The notes under the pieces are model-generated. The model was given only the letters and a program-made list of their open reading frames with translations. It did no database searches and was not told the DNA's origin. From positions 448,001 through 512,000 of the forward strand of contig CBDBKE010000003.1 of NCBI GenBank assembly GCA_965206645.1: 64,000 nucleotides of DNA, given 5' to 3'. Source of the stretch: Terriglobia bacterium. Its GTDB lineage: Bacteria > Acidobacteriota > Terriglobia > JAJPHL01 > JAPKYU01. Shown piece by piece: positions 20,334-30,061 of this stretch (position 1 is its first letter; each line of letters opens with the position of its first letter). The position numbers were made by a program, and so were the translations under genes.

Positions 20334-20651
20334 ATGGGGAAACAGATCTTGTTCGTGATTTTGTGCCTGGAACTGGGTCTGTTCCTGCTGCTGCTTCCCT
20401 GGTCGGAGATGTGGGAGCACAACCTGATCTTCTGGCTTGTTCCCGGACTGCGCCCTTTCCTGTTGAGTTACTACGTCCGCGGCGCGCTGAACGGGTTGGG
20501 CTTGGTGAACCTGTGGGTTGGGTTTTCTGAAGCCTGGCATCTCAGGCTGAGCCGGGCGCTGCAGGAGACGAAACAGAAGCCCGCCCAAGAAACTGCCCCC
20601 CTGGACGCCGAAGCGGTTGTGCTGCCTCCGTCGCGCAGCCGCGGGCAATGA
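20334..20651 (+). CDS. small membrane protein
   Basis: Two hydrophobic segments (CLELGLFLLLLPWS...W..N; YVRGALNGLGLVNLW); stop overlaps the next start (ATGA). Confidence 0.75.
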   Translation: MGKQILFVILCLELGLFLLLLPWSEMWEHNLIFWLVPGLRPFLLSYYVRGALNGLGLVNLWVGFSEAWHLRLSRALQETKQKPAQETAPLDAEAVVLPPSRSRGQ

Positions 20652-21313
20652 GTCGCCGCCCCATTCTCTACTACATCACCGACAGCAGCCAACTTGGGCA
20701 ACCCCAGGAGGTATTGGGCAGGATCCGTGCCGCCTACGCCGCCGGCGTGGATTGGATCCAAATCCGTGAGAAGAAGATGCCCACCCGAGACCTTTGTCGG
20801 CTGGTAGAACAGGCCCTGGCGCTACCAGAAAAGGGGCGCGGACGACTGCTGATCAACGAACGATTGGATGTGGCGCTGGCCTGCGGTGCAGACGGCGTGC
20901 ATCTGCCGGCCGACTCGCTCCCAGTGGCCGTGGTCCGAAACGCAGTGCCAGTTGGAGGGCCTACTGAGTGGCTGGTCGGGGCCTCCTGCCATTCCCCGGC
21001 CCAGGTGGAAGCCGTCGCCCGCGAAGGCGCCAGCTTCGCGGTGCTGGGCCCGATCTTTGAGATGCCCGGCAAGGGCCCGCCGCTGGGACTGGAGCCGCTT
21101 CGCCAGGCCTGCCGCGCTGTCGCTGAACGTGAATTCCCGGTGCTGGCTCTGGGCGGCGTGAACTTGGAGAATGCCGGCACCTGTCTCGAGGCCGGAGCCG
21201 CCGGCCTGGCCGCCATCCGCCTGTTTCAATCAACAGACGTGGCCGAGGATGTGGCCACGGCGGCCGCAAACCTTCACAGCTTTGAGATGGCACCTGAGAG
21301 AGGAGGCACCTGA
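20648..21313 (+). CDS. thiamine-phosphate synthase family protein (ThiE/TenI-like)
   Basis: LYYITD, IQIREK, INERLDVALACGADGVHL, GASCHS, PVLALGGV. Confidence 0.9.
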   Translation: MSRRPILYYITDSSQLGQPQEVLGRIRAAYAAGVDWIQIREKKMPTRDLCRLVEQALALPEKGRGRLLINERLDVALACGADGVHLPADSLPVAVVRNAVPVGGPTEWLVGASCHSPAQVEAVAREGASFAVLGPIFEMPGKGPPLGLEPLRQACRAVAEREFPVLALGGVNLENAGTCLEAGAAGLAAIRLFQSTDVAEDVATAAANLHSFEMAPERGGT

Positions 21314-21319
21314 GACGGG

Positions 21320-22375
21320 CTAGTCGGCCATGAGGCGGCCGTAGGGCCGCCACTCGGGAACGTTATCGCAGACGGCCTTGACGCCGGCAGTGATGGGCAC
21401 CGCCAGCAGCAGCCCCATCCCACCCCACAGCCAGCCCCAGAACATCAGGGCGATGGTCACCACTACCGGGTTCAGGTGCACTCGCGCGCCGACCAGCTTG
21501 GGGTAGAGCACGTTGAGGGCGATGATGTGGAAACCCACCACGGCGGCGACAATCGCCGCCAGCGGTGTCAGCGTGTCGTACTTGGCCATGCCCGCCAACA
21601 CGGGAGGCAGGCTCCCCAGCAGCACCCCCAGGTAGGGCACCACGCTCAAGAATCCGCTCGCCGGACCCATGACCGCCGCGTAGGGCAGCCCCATCGCCCA
21701 GAAGAAAAGCCCGCTGGCTACGGATAGAATCGCCGCGATGATCAGGTTGCCGATGACGAAGCCGCGAATCATGGTGGTGATGCCGTCCAGCGTCTTTTCC
21801 GCTGCCATTCGGTTTCCCGTGCCGAACAGAGCGACGGAGTTGCGCCGTATGTGGTCCCGCCAGGTGAGCAGAAAATAGACCAGGAAGGGAATGAAGCTCA
21901 CCATGAACAGCACCTCGGTCGCCGAGCGCAGGCCGGCGCCCAGGTAGGTGGAGAAGTTTGGACCGGAAGAAGCAGGCGAGGTCGCTGGCGCGGGCTGGTC
22001 GTCTGCGATGACGGTCCGTGTCTGCTTCTGAAACTCCTGTGCCCTTTCCCGGAATCGCAGCACGTGACCGCGGAGCTTGGTGGAATACTTCGGGAAATCG
22101 TTGACGAAGGTCGCGGCCTGCGCGTAAAACAGATAGAAAAGCAGGTAGAAGACGCCCACCATCAGCAGGACCATCAGCGAGGCGCCCAGCCCCCGTGGCA
22201 GGCCCCTGCGTCTGAGCCAGGTTACGCCCGGGTCACAGACCAGAGCCAGCAGCAGCAACACCACCACCGTCATCACCAGCGAGCTGGCCAGGTAGAGGCA
22301 GGCCAGCAAAACAGCGGCGGCCACCAGCCGCTGCCCGTAGCCGCGTTGCTTTTCCAAAGCTTGCTGAACGGGCAT
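21320..22375 (-). CDS. AI-2E (PerM) family transporter
   Basis: VPYLG, LYPKLVGARVHLNP and WGWLWGGMGLLLAVP motifs. Confidence 0.92.
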   Translation of the reverse strand: MPVQQALEKQRGYGQRLVAAAVLLACLYLASSLVMTVVVLLLLALVCDPGVTWLRRRGLPRGLGASLMVLLMVGVFYLLFYLFYAQAATFVNDFPKYSTKLRGHVLRFRERAQEFQKQTRTVIADDQPAPATSPASSGPNFSTYLGAGLRSATEVLFMVSFIPFLVYFLLTWRDHIRRNSVALFGTGNRMAAEKTLDGITTMIRGFVIGNLIIAAILSVASGLFFWAMGLPYAAVMGPASGFLSVVPYLGVLLGSLPPVLAGMAKYDTLTPLAAIVAAVVGFHIIALNVLYPKLVGARVHLNPVVVTIALMFWGWLWGGMGLLLAVPITAGVKAVCDNVPEWRPYGRLMAD

Positions 22376-22432
22376 GGCGTCGATCTGCCGAAGGTATCAC
22401 AGCGAGTGGAGATTCCCCTATACAATGGGGCC

Positions 22433-22903
22433 GTGGAGCGCAAACCACATGGTCGTGTGCTCGCGCTCGATCTGGGCCAACGGCGCATCGGGCTGGCCGT
22501 CTCCGATCCGCTGGGACTAACCGCGCAGGGCCTGCCGACGCTGGAGCGCAAGAACAAGCGCGCCGATCTGGAGGTCCTACGGCAGCTGGCCGAGCAGCAC
22601 CAAGCCGTGCTGCTGCTGGTGGGCCACCCGGTGCACTTGAGCGGGAGAGCCGGGACGCAGGCGGAGAAGGCGGCTGCCTTCGCCGAGGACCTGAGGCGGT
22701 ACCTGGGCCGCCAGGTCTTGCTTTGGGATGAACGCCTGACCAGCGCCGAAGCCCAGCGCGTCCTCCGGCAAAGCGGGGTTGGCCGAGCGAAGCAAGCGGC
22801 CGCCATTGACCGGATGGCGGCCGTGCTGCTGCTGCAAAGCTATCTGGATCAGCAGAGGATGACAGATTGTTCCCCCGAGCAGAGCGCATCTTTGAACATG
22901 TGA
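22433..22903 (+). CDS. ruvX: RuvX/YqgF pre-16S rRNA nuclease
   Basis: VLALDLGQRRIGLAVSDPLG, WDERLTS, IDRMAAVLLLQSYLD. Confidence 0.95.
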   Translation: MERKPHGRVLALDLGQRRIGLAVSDPLGLTAQGLPTLERKNKRADLEVLRQLAEQHQAVLLLVGHPVHLSGRAGTQAEKAAAFAEDLRRYLGRQVLLWDERLTSAEAQRVLRQSGVGRAKQAAAIDRMAAVLLLQSYLDQQRMTDCSPEQSASLNM

Positions 22904-23940
22904 AACGGCGCCGCCTTATTCTGCTGCTGGGCGTGGTCGCGCTGGCGGGGACCAGTGCGTTCGCCCTGGCTGCCTATTACGTCACGCGCCCTTTCCGGGG
23001 CTGGAAGCAGCCAGCCGTAGTGGACGTGGCGCCCGGCACTTCATCCCTGGCCATCGCCGTGCGCTTGCGCGGTGCCGGGGTGCTCCGCGGTGAATGGCCT
23101 TTCCTGCTGTTCTACTACCTCGGGCCTTGGCAAACCCTGAAGGCCGGGGAATACCACTTCGACCGTGCACTCAGCCCGTGGGAGGTACTGAGGAAACTCA
23201 GCCGCGGCGACGTCTACCAGCACAGTATTACCATTCCGGAAGGGCACAACATCTTCGAGGTGGCCGAGGCGGTTTCCGCCAGCGGGCTGGTTTCTCGAGA
23301 GCAAATCCGGGAGGTTCTCCAGGACAGCGCGCTGATTGGCGATTTGGACCCATCGGCGGAGAACCTGGAAGGCTACCTGTTCCCGGACACTTATTACTTC
23401 ACCCGGCACACCTCAGCCGCAGAGATGGTGAAAAGGATGGTGGCGCGGTTCCGCAGGGTGTACGGGGAGCTGGAGAGCAGGCGCTCTCCCGACCGCCCGA
23501 TGCGGGAGGTCGTCATCCTGGCTTCGCTGGTGGAGAAGGAGACTGGGGTGCCGGAGGAGCGCCGGCTGGTGGCCGGCGTCTTCTACAACCGGTTGAAAGC
23601 TGGCCTGCCGTTGCAGTGCGATCCGACGGTGATCTATGCGGCGCTGGTGGCTGGGCGCTACCGCGGCGCGATTTTCCAGAGCGACCTGAAGTTCAATTCG
23701 CCTTACAACACATACCGGCGACGCGGGCTGCCACCGGGGCCGATTGCCAATCCGGGGCGGGCGGCGCTGGAGGCGGCCATGGCGCCGGCTGCGACCGACT
23801 ACAGGTACTTCGTCAGCAACGCCGAGAGCGGCCACGTCTTCTCCACCACCCTGCGCGACCACTCCCGCGCGGTCGCCGAGTACCGCCGTAAAGCCAACGC
23901 CTCGCGGCGGTCCCGAAGTGTGGCCGAGCAACCCAAGTGA
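22900..23940 (+). CDS. mltG: endolytic transglycosylase MltG
   Basis: TIPEG, LEGYLFPDTY, LASLVEKET, LQCDPTVIY, SPYNTY..GLPPGPIANPG. Confidence 0.96.
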   Translation: MKRRRLILLLGVVALAGTSAFALAAYYVTRPFRGWKQPAVVDVAPGTSSLAIAVRLRGAGVLRGEWPFLLFYYLGPWQTLKAGEYHFDRALSPWEVLRKLSRGDVYQHSITIPEGHNIFEVAEAVSASGLVSREQIREVLQDSALIGDLDPSAENLEGYLFPDTYYFTRHTSAAEMVKRMVARFRRVYGELESRRSPDRPMREVVILASLVEKETGVPEERRLVAGVFYNRLKAGLPLQCDPTVIYAALVAGRYRGAIFQSDLKFNSPYNTYRRRGLPPGPIANPGRAALEAAMAPAATDYRYFVSNAESGHVFSTTLRDHSRAVAEYRRKANASRRSRSVAEQPK

Positions 23941-23976
23941 CTTCTCCTATTACCCCGAACGCCGACGTTACACTGC

Positions 23977-24851
23977 ATGTCAAAGAATAAGACCGGGCCG
24001 TGGAAGTTCTACCATCTCTTGTTGCTGGCATTTGTGCTTGGGTTACTCAATACCAGCGCCAAAGAGCCGAGACCAAACTGCGTCGAAGTCCCGGAAGAGG
24101 CGGCCAGACTGGTCATACCCATCTTGGATGCTCGTGTGGAGGCATTGGGAGGAAAACAACTCTGGCAGCATAAACGCGGTGTCTCCTGGAACGGCTTCAG
24201 ACTTCTTGAAGAACTATCTCGTGACAAGGCGGGCACTACCGACGAGGCATTGGCCGTACTCCTGGGGTATCGCCTTGGTAGTGCTGAGGACTACGCAGTA
24301 GTCCGCGAAGTGGCGGTACGTGGGCAGAGGATACTGCCCTATCTCTCCAAGTACAGGGGCCGCCTGGCGTGCATCCCCGGGAGAAGGTATCCCGATTCGG
24401 TGCAAATCAACGCGTGCCTCCGGCGCGATGTTTTCGATGCAGCAACTGACCTCTGCCTTCGGGGAGAGGTTCCGGGGAAGGGTTGCCTTGAGATTCCGCG
24501 AAGCGTGGCTGCTCTTGTTGTGCCCATATTGGAGACGTATTCTGAAGCTGTGGAGAAAGACGATTGGAAGTTTGAGGAAGGGACGCCGCAATGGAGATTC
24601 GAAGAGCTGTTCTACGGGTTGTTCGAGAACCGAAGTGCCGCCGCGGATGAGACCCTGGGGAGGAGCTGGATAAGGAGATCCCTGCGCGAGGTCAAAGGAT
24701 GTTGAAATTCCTGAAGAAATATCGGTATCGTTGTGTTTGCATCCCAGGGAAGATGTATCCAGACTTTAAGCGAATGGATCTTGAAACCAAATTGAGATTT
24801 GTCGCGGACCTTGTTGCGCGTATTCGCAGAGGTAAGAAACTAGAAGAATGA
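23977..24851 (+). pseudogene. secreted protein with two internal repeats; second repeat broken by a deletion/frameshift near 24658
   Basis: Repeat 1 VREVAVRGQRILPYLSKYRGRLACIPGRRYPD matches, in another frame, DKEIPARGQRMLKFLKKYRYRCVCIPGKMYPD, which ends at TGA 24851. Confidence 0.7.
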
Positions 24852-24962
24852 GGTGCAGCGCCGCACCTGACCCCGCTTCGAGCAACCGCTTCCACTGCAC
24901 CGATCTCCTGGAGGTCTGGAACTAGTAGACCGGAAGAGTTTCATAGAGCGGCGTCCTGAGGG

Positions 24963-26036
24963 TTAATCAGCCTCGTTTCTGACAGCGTAGGTGCGGGACT
25001 GGCCGGTGCGCCCGTTGGTGACCGTATAACTTGTTCCATCGGGGGCCACTGCGACCTTGATCACGTGCCCCTGGCACTCCTCCTCTGTGCCCAAATTGGC
25101 GATCAACTCCGGCGCCGTGTTTCCCTTGTCGCCGTAGTCCAGGTTCCGGTGCCCCTGGTAGATGTCCTCCAGGCTGGGGAGCGCGCGCAGCGTTGCCATT
25201 ACATCGGGGAAGATGCCCTTGTGAGGACCATTGTTTGCCACCGCCACCTGAGGCTTCAGGGTGCGCAGTAACACCGGGTTGCTGCTGCTGTCGAGCCCGT
25301 GGTGCGTTACCTGGTAGAGATCCACCCGGCCGATCACGTCCACCGGGCAGGCCAGCTTGTGCTCGATGTTCCAGGTCAGGTCGCCCAGGTCCAGGAAGCG
25401 GAATTTGCCTAAAGTGAGCACGAAGCCCAGACTGCGCGCGTTGTCGCTGGTATCCTTGGGCTTGGGTTTCGCCTCTTTGCACTCAGGGTTTTCTTTAGCA
25501 GTCTTGAGCTGGATGACCTCGCCACCCGAGGCTACCACCAACAGCCCGATGCGCGCCGCTCCGGCATCCTGATTCAGCCGGATTTCGTCGCCGGGCCGCA
25601 GCACTTGCGTCTGGCCCTTGGCCGCCTCCACATAGGCTTCGTACAGCTTGGGGTCTTCGAGGAGGTCAGTCTTCCCGTGGTCATAGAACTTGCCGATGGG
25701 GATCAGCTCGCTGAGCTCGGCCACTCCTCCGTAGTGGTCGCCGTGGAAGTGGCTGGTCAGCAGGTGGTCGATTCGCTTCAACCCCGCCTGTTGCGCCGCC
25801 TGGTGCATGCGTTTGGAATCCCGGCCGTCCTCCTCCCGTTTGTTGCCGGTATCCACCAGCAGCGATTCCCCGGCGGGCGTGACGATCAGGGTGGCTGCTC
25901 CACCTTCCACGTCCACAAAGTAAATTTCCAGGGGCCTGGCGGGGGCGGGAGCCTCGGCAGGAGCCTCGCGGTCAACGGTCGGCTGGCAGGCTACCAGGAA
26001 GGTCAATAGAAGTAACAAGCTGATAAGTGGTCGCAT
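24963..26036 (-). CDS. ComEC/Rec2-like MBL-fold hydrolase, probable lipoprotein
   Basis: Lipobox LVAC, YFVDVEGG, SHFHGDHYGG, GDL, THHG. Confidence 0.88.
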   Translation of the reverse strand: MRPLISLLLLLTFLVACQPTVDREAPAEAPAPARPLEIYFVDVEGGAATLIVTPAGESLLVDTGNKREEDGRDSKRMHQAAQQAGLKRIDHLLTSHFHGDHYGGVAELSELIPIGKFYDHGKTDLLEDPKLYEAYVEAAKGQTQVLRPGDEIRLNQDAGAARIGLLVVASGGEVIQLKTAKENPECKEAKPKPKDTSDNARSLGFVLTLGKFRFLDLGDLTWNIEHKLACPVDVIGRVDLYQVTHHGLDSSSNPVLLRTLKPQVAVANNGPHKGIFPDVMATLRALPSLEDIYQGHRNLDYGDKGNTAPELIANLGTEEECQGHVIKVAVAPDGTSYTVTNGRTGQSRTYAVRNEAD

Positions 26037-27042
26037 AAGGCCTAAAGTATCACAAAGCAGGCCGCTAAGCTTGGGGGCATCCCCGACCGGAAGTACTGGG
26101 CTTCCTAGCCCCCCTACCCAAGCGGAAAAACGGTATCCACCTGGACCAGAACGTTGTACAATGCTGCCTCGATACCGTTGTGCGTGGCGCACGACGGTCC
26201 CCCCTGGAAGCCCGAGTGACCCGGGCGGATGGCTAGTTGGCGGGGTGGTTGTTCGACTGCGTCAGGAAGGGGAGACACGCATGGCAAGGCAGACAAAGCG
26301 GCTGGCGTCGTTCGCAATCCCAGTAATGCTAACGATGGCAGTCCTCTCCTTAGGGGCCGGTACCGCAGCCGCCCAGGGCTGGGAAGACTACTTCGAGGGA
26401 ATTGAGCTCCATGGTCGTTGGACTATCGAGTACCAGGGCAGACCGGGCCAGCTATTCGGGGCCCCGGGATACCTAGCCAACAAGCACGTTGGGTACTATG
26501 ACAAAGACAACGTAACGCTTAATCAGGGAGCCCTTAGCCTGCGTCTGACCCAAGTTGAGGGTAACGGAGACGAGGTGATTTCTTGGGGTGCCCTAATCTT
26601 CACCCAGGAGAAGTACGGTTACGGCACCTACGAGTGGAAGATGAGGATGTCTTCCACGGCTCTGCCTACCGATCCGTACGGTCCAGGGTCTCCCAAATCA
26701 GGAAGTGTCTCTGCCGGTTTCATCCATGTGAATAACTCGGAGACAGAAATCGACTTTGAATATTCAGGTCATGTTTTACTCCCCCAAGACACGGACCCTT
26801 CCAACGACGCAAGGGTCTATATGGGAAACTGGTACAATCAGGGCACGTCTACTGATCCTGCGAGCACGGAGTCCACTTTCTCTACGGTGACGGTCGACGG
26901 TGCCAACACTGGCTTTCACGAATACAAGTTCATCTGGGAGGAGGGGAAGATCACCTTCTTTATTTACGACGAGTCAGGGACGACCCTCATTTATCAGACC
27001 GAGCACACAACGAATGTGCTAAGCGCCCCCGCACACTTGGAT

Positions 27043-28700
27043 CCGGAATTTCCATTTTGAGCTTCCTCTTCACCCGAAAAGCTATGCCTCGTACCCTGTC
27101 GTGTCAACCGCAAACAGCTCTGGCCTCTTTGAGGTGGTAGTGCGGCACATTTTGGCTGTTCTTCGGAGTCGCTGTGCGGGGTTCGCCTGCCCAGCCTGCC
27201 GCGCCGCTGACACTTATCCGGCCCGACCACTTCTGAGCACCTAAAATTACCCTCTCTCCCGGTTCGCTAGCCGTCTGGCAGCGGCAGTGCCGAGATCGTT
27301 CGCAGCATGCTGCTGAACAGCCTCCGGCTCAAGTGCCCTTCGGCCAGCAAAAGCCAGTAATATCGCGCATGTTTCACCAGCCGTCCTCCCGTTTTCACCA
27401 ACCGCTGTTGCAAGCTCGTCAGGGACCAGTTCCCGATTCTCTGTGGCAGCACCAGTCGCCGCCACAGGTTGCCGAGATTATAGGCAATGATGGTGAGCCA
27501 CAGCCGGACCTCGTTCGACCGGAACCGGTGACAACTGAGCCGCGTCATCTTCACTGCTTGCTCTCCTTCTTTGATCCACTGCTCCGCTGTCCCCCGCTTG
27601 TTGTAAAACCGCATCACCGCCCGACTTGGCAGAGTCAAGTTCGTAACGATAAACCCTACTCGCGGGAACAGCTCCCCTGGATGATGCTCCACCTTGGCCA
27701 CCACCCTGCGGGCTGTCTTCCAACTGGCCGCTTGGTATAGAAAGCCCTTGAACTCCACCAACGGCTTCTTGCTGGGTCTCCCCACCGGCCGAGTCAGCAA
27801 CTCCTCAATGTCCCGCTGTAGGCTGTCGTTAGCCGGGATGCGGATGGCGTACTTTACCTCCCGCTCCTCCAGAGCCTCGTAAATCTCCGGCTTGGCAAAG
27901 GCCGCGTCGGCACGAAACACCACTTCCTTGCCCAGCTGCTGCTGCCGCTCGATCTCCGGCAGGAGAAGTTCTTTCCAGTCCTCGGCGCTGTGCACGTTGC
28001 CCGGTCGCAGCTTGGCCGCCAGACAGTCACCCTCGCGATTGAACAGCAACAACGGGTGATAGCAGCTCGACTCGAAATGCCCGTTGTAGGCACTCTGCTC
28101 CTGCTGGCCGTAGACCGGAATCTCGGTCGAGTCCATGTCCAGCACCACCCGTTGCGGGGAATCCATAGCTTCCGCCCTGGCGATTAAATCCCGGTTGATC
28201 GCTGCCAAACCAGCCAGGTTCTCATCTTGCGTCAGTAGTTCTGTCTCGAACGATTGCAGCCGGGAAGTCAACGCGGCTCCTCGCTCCCAGATCTTTTCTG
28301 AACCGATCAGCCGGAACGTCGGATCTTGAGAGAGCCGTTCCGCGTCATTCATATCTTCGTAACCCGCCAAGCGGCTGTACACGGACTGGCGCAGGAGGTC
28401 AGCAAAGGGCAACCGTGTGTTCTTTCTCCGAGGATCGGCCAAGTGCTGTTTGATGAGTTCTCCGAATCCCAAATGTTCGTCTGATTCGCGCACGAGGATC
28501 AGGCCGCCGTCGGAAGTAACCCGCGACCCCTGGAAATCGACCTTCAATGCAGCATTGAAAGAGAACTGAAAGGGCTGATTTTGCCTCTCACCCACTCGGT
28601 TTCTACCTCCGGAAGCTGTATTGACGCTGGAACCGGCATAAATATTGGCGTCGGAGGTCAGTATAAGGTTAGCTTTGGAGTTTCAAAACGGAAATCCGGG
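27043..28700 (-). mobile_element. IS1380-family insertion sequence (about 1.66 kb)
   Basis: Imperfect terminal IRs CCGGAATTTCCATTTTGA / CCCGGATTTCCGTTTTGA (15/18) flank a single transposase. Confidence 0.9.
27267..28595 (-). CDS. IS1380 DDE transposase
   Basis: TSDGGL, GYED.ND, LDMDST, YHPL, LRPGN, FRADAAF, YNKRGTAEQWIKE. Confidence 0.95.
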   Translation of the reverse strand: MGERQNQPFQFSFNAALKVDFQGSRVTSDGGLILVRESDEHLGFGELIKQHLADPRRKNTRLPFADLLRQSVYSRLAGYEDMNDAERLSQDPTFRLIGSEKIWERGAALTSRLQSFETELLTQDENLAGLAAINRDLIARAEAMDSPQRVVLDMDSTEIPVYGQQEQSAYNGHFESSCYHPLLLFNREGDCLAAKLRPGNVHSAEDWKELLLPEIERQQQLGKEVVFRADAAFAKPEIYEALEEREVKYAIRIPANDSLQRDIEELLTRPVGRPSKKPLVEFKGFLYQAASWKTARRVVAKVEHHPGELFPRVGFIVTNLTLPSRAVMRFYNKRGTAEQWIKEGEQAVKMTRLSCHRFRSNEVRLWLTIIAYNLGNLWRRLVLPQRIGNWSLTSLQQRLVKTGGRLVKHARYYWLLLAEGHLSRRLFSSMLRTISALPLPDG

Positions 28701-29326
28701 TTCATGATCAACCACTGGGGAACGAATAACCCGAATGGGTTTGGGGGTGGGGCAAACATTGTAGATGATCGATACTTCTACGTGGACTGGGTAAAGTTTA
28801 CGCCGCAGGAAGGCGCGCCGCCCCCGCCGCCAGGCCCGCCGGCTGCCCCGAGCGATTTGACGGCCAGCGTAAAAAGTTCAGGCAAAGGCAAGAACAAAAT
28901 AGTCGAAAAGGTACTTCTGGCCTGGCAGGATAATTCCACCAATGAAGACATCTTCATGATTGAGCGCTGCGAAGTCGTTGGGAAGGGAAAGAATAAAAGG
29001 TGCATCGATACAAGCTGGACGGTACCTAAAAACAGCACCACGTACTCCGATATTACCGTTGCAGGCAGGACGACGTACCGATACCGGGTGAAGGCGAAGA
29101 GCGACGCCGACGGCGATTCACCGTTCTCGAACATCGCGCAGGCCAAAACACCATAGGCTGCGACCCTGGCACTCCGAACTCTGACAGGACTGAAAGCACT
29201 TCTGTCACTTATATAACTCCTACATTTGTAGTGACCTATGCGGCCCCCGCAGACTTCCATCGGCAGCCGGAAGGATTTCCTTGCCACTAGCCTGGACCTT
29301 GAGATAGAAGGACGCGGCGAGAGACC

Positions 29327-29989
29327 ATGCATCTGGTTGGCGCACGCTGGGCGGTGATCTGGCTGTTGGTGGTAGGTTGGTGTGGCTCGGCTCGCGCGCA
29401 GGATTTTCCCCGGCAAGCCAGCCAGGTGGCCGCGGGCACCACGCAGCAGCAGGAGGACACCCGCTCCGGCGCAGGCGATGCCCGCTGGCGTCGTGGCGCC
29501 ACCGAGTGGGGGATTCTCTCCGGCGGCGGCCCGGCGATTGTGGGTGGCGTGCGCGACCGCGGCTTTTGGTTTGTGGCCGGGCGCTGGGGACGCCAGATCA
29601 CTGCTGACCGCGGCGACTCCTGGGCGCGGGGCCATCTCCAGTACGCCATCGAGGCTATGCCACTTTACCTGCATTTCCAGTCCGAGACCGTCTACGGCGC
29701 GGGCATCACTCCCTTCCTGCTCCGCTACCACTTCACCCGCAGTCGAAAGCTTGTGCCGTTCCTGGAGGCGGGCGCCGGAATCTTGGCGACCACCGAGCAG
29801 GTGCCGGAGGGCACCTCGCGCTTCAACTTTACTCCGCAGGCCGGAGTAGGACTCCAGTTCGTGACCGCATCCGGACCGGCCTGGACCCTGGGCGTACGCT
29901 ACCACCACACGTCGAACGCCGGGATCGCCCGACGGAACCCCGGCGTCAACGCGATCGTCTTCCACGCCGGGATTTCCTGGTGGAAATGA
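29327..29989 (+). CDS. PagL-like lipid A 3-O-deacylase / acyloxyacyl hydrolase outer-membrane barrel
   Basis: Signal peptide, PFLEAGAG, FNFTPQAG, YHHTSNAG, NPGVN and aromatic C-terminus. Confidence 0.85.
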   Translation: MHLVGARWAVIWLLVVGWCGSARAQDFPRQASQVAAGTTQQQEDTRSGAGDARWRRGATEWGILSGGGPAIVGGVRDRGFWFVAGRWGRQITADRGDSWARGHLQYAIEAMPLYLHFQSETVYGAGITPFLLRYHFTRSRKLVPFLEAGAGILATTEQVPEGTSRFNFTPQAGVGLQFVTASGPAWTLGVRYHHTSNAGIARRNPGVNAIVFHAGISWWK

Positions 29990-30061
29990 AACAGCTCGTC
30001 CCGTGGCGCTCCCCTCTTGCGCCCCATCTGGTATGGTGTGTGGGCTGGCAGGTGAGTCCCC

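Larger units (their letters stand above)
26281..29156 (+). pseudogene. secreted GH16 glycoside hydrolase with C-terminal FN3 domain, interrupted by IS1380
   Basis: Signal peptide, YGYGTYEWKM and catalytic EIDFE; joining 27036 to 28701 restores SAPAH-FMINHWG...YVDWVKF, a Pro linker and FN3 (WQDNSTNE, YRYRVKA, SPFSN). Confidence 0.88.
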
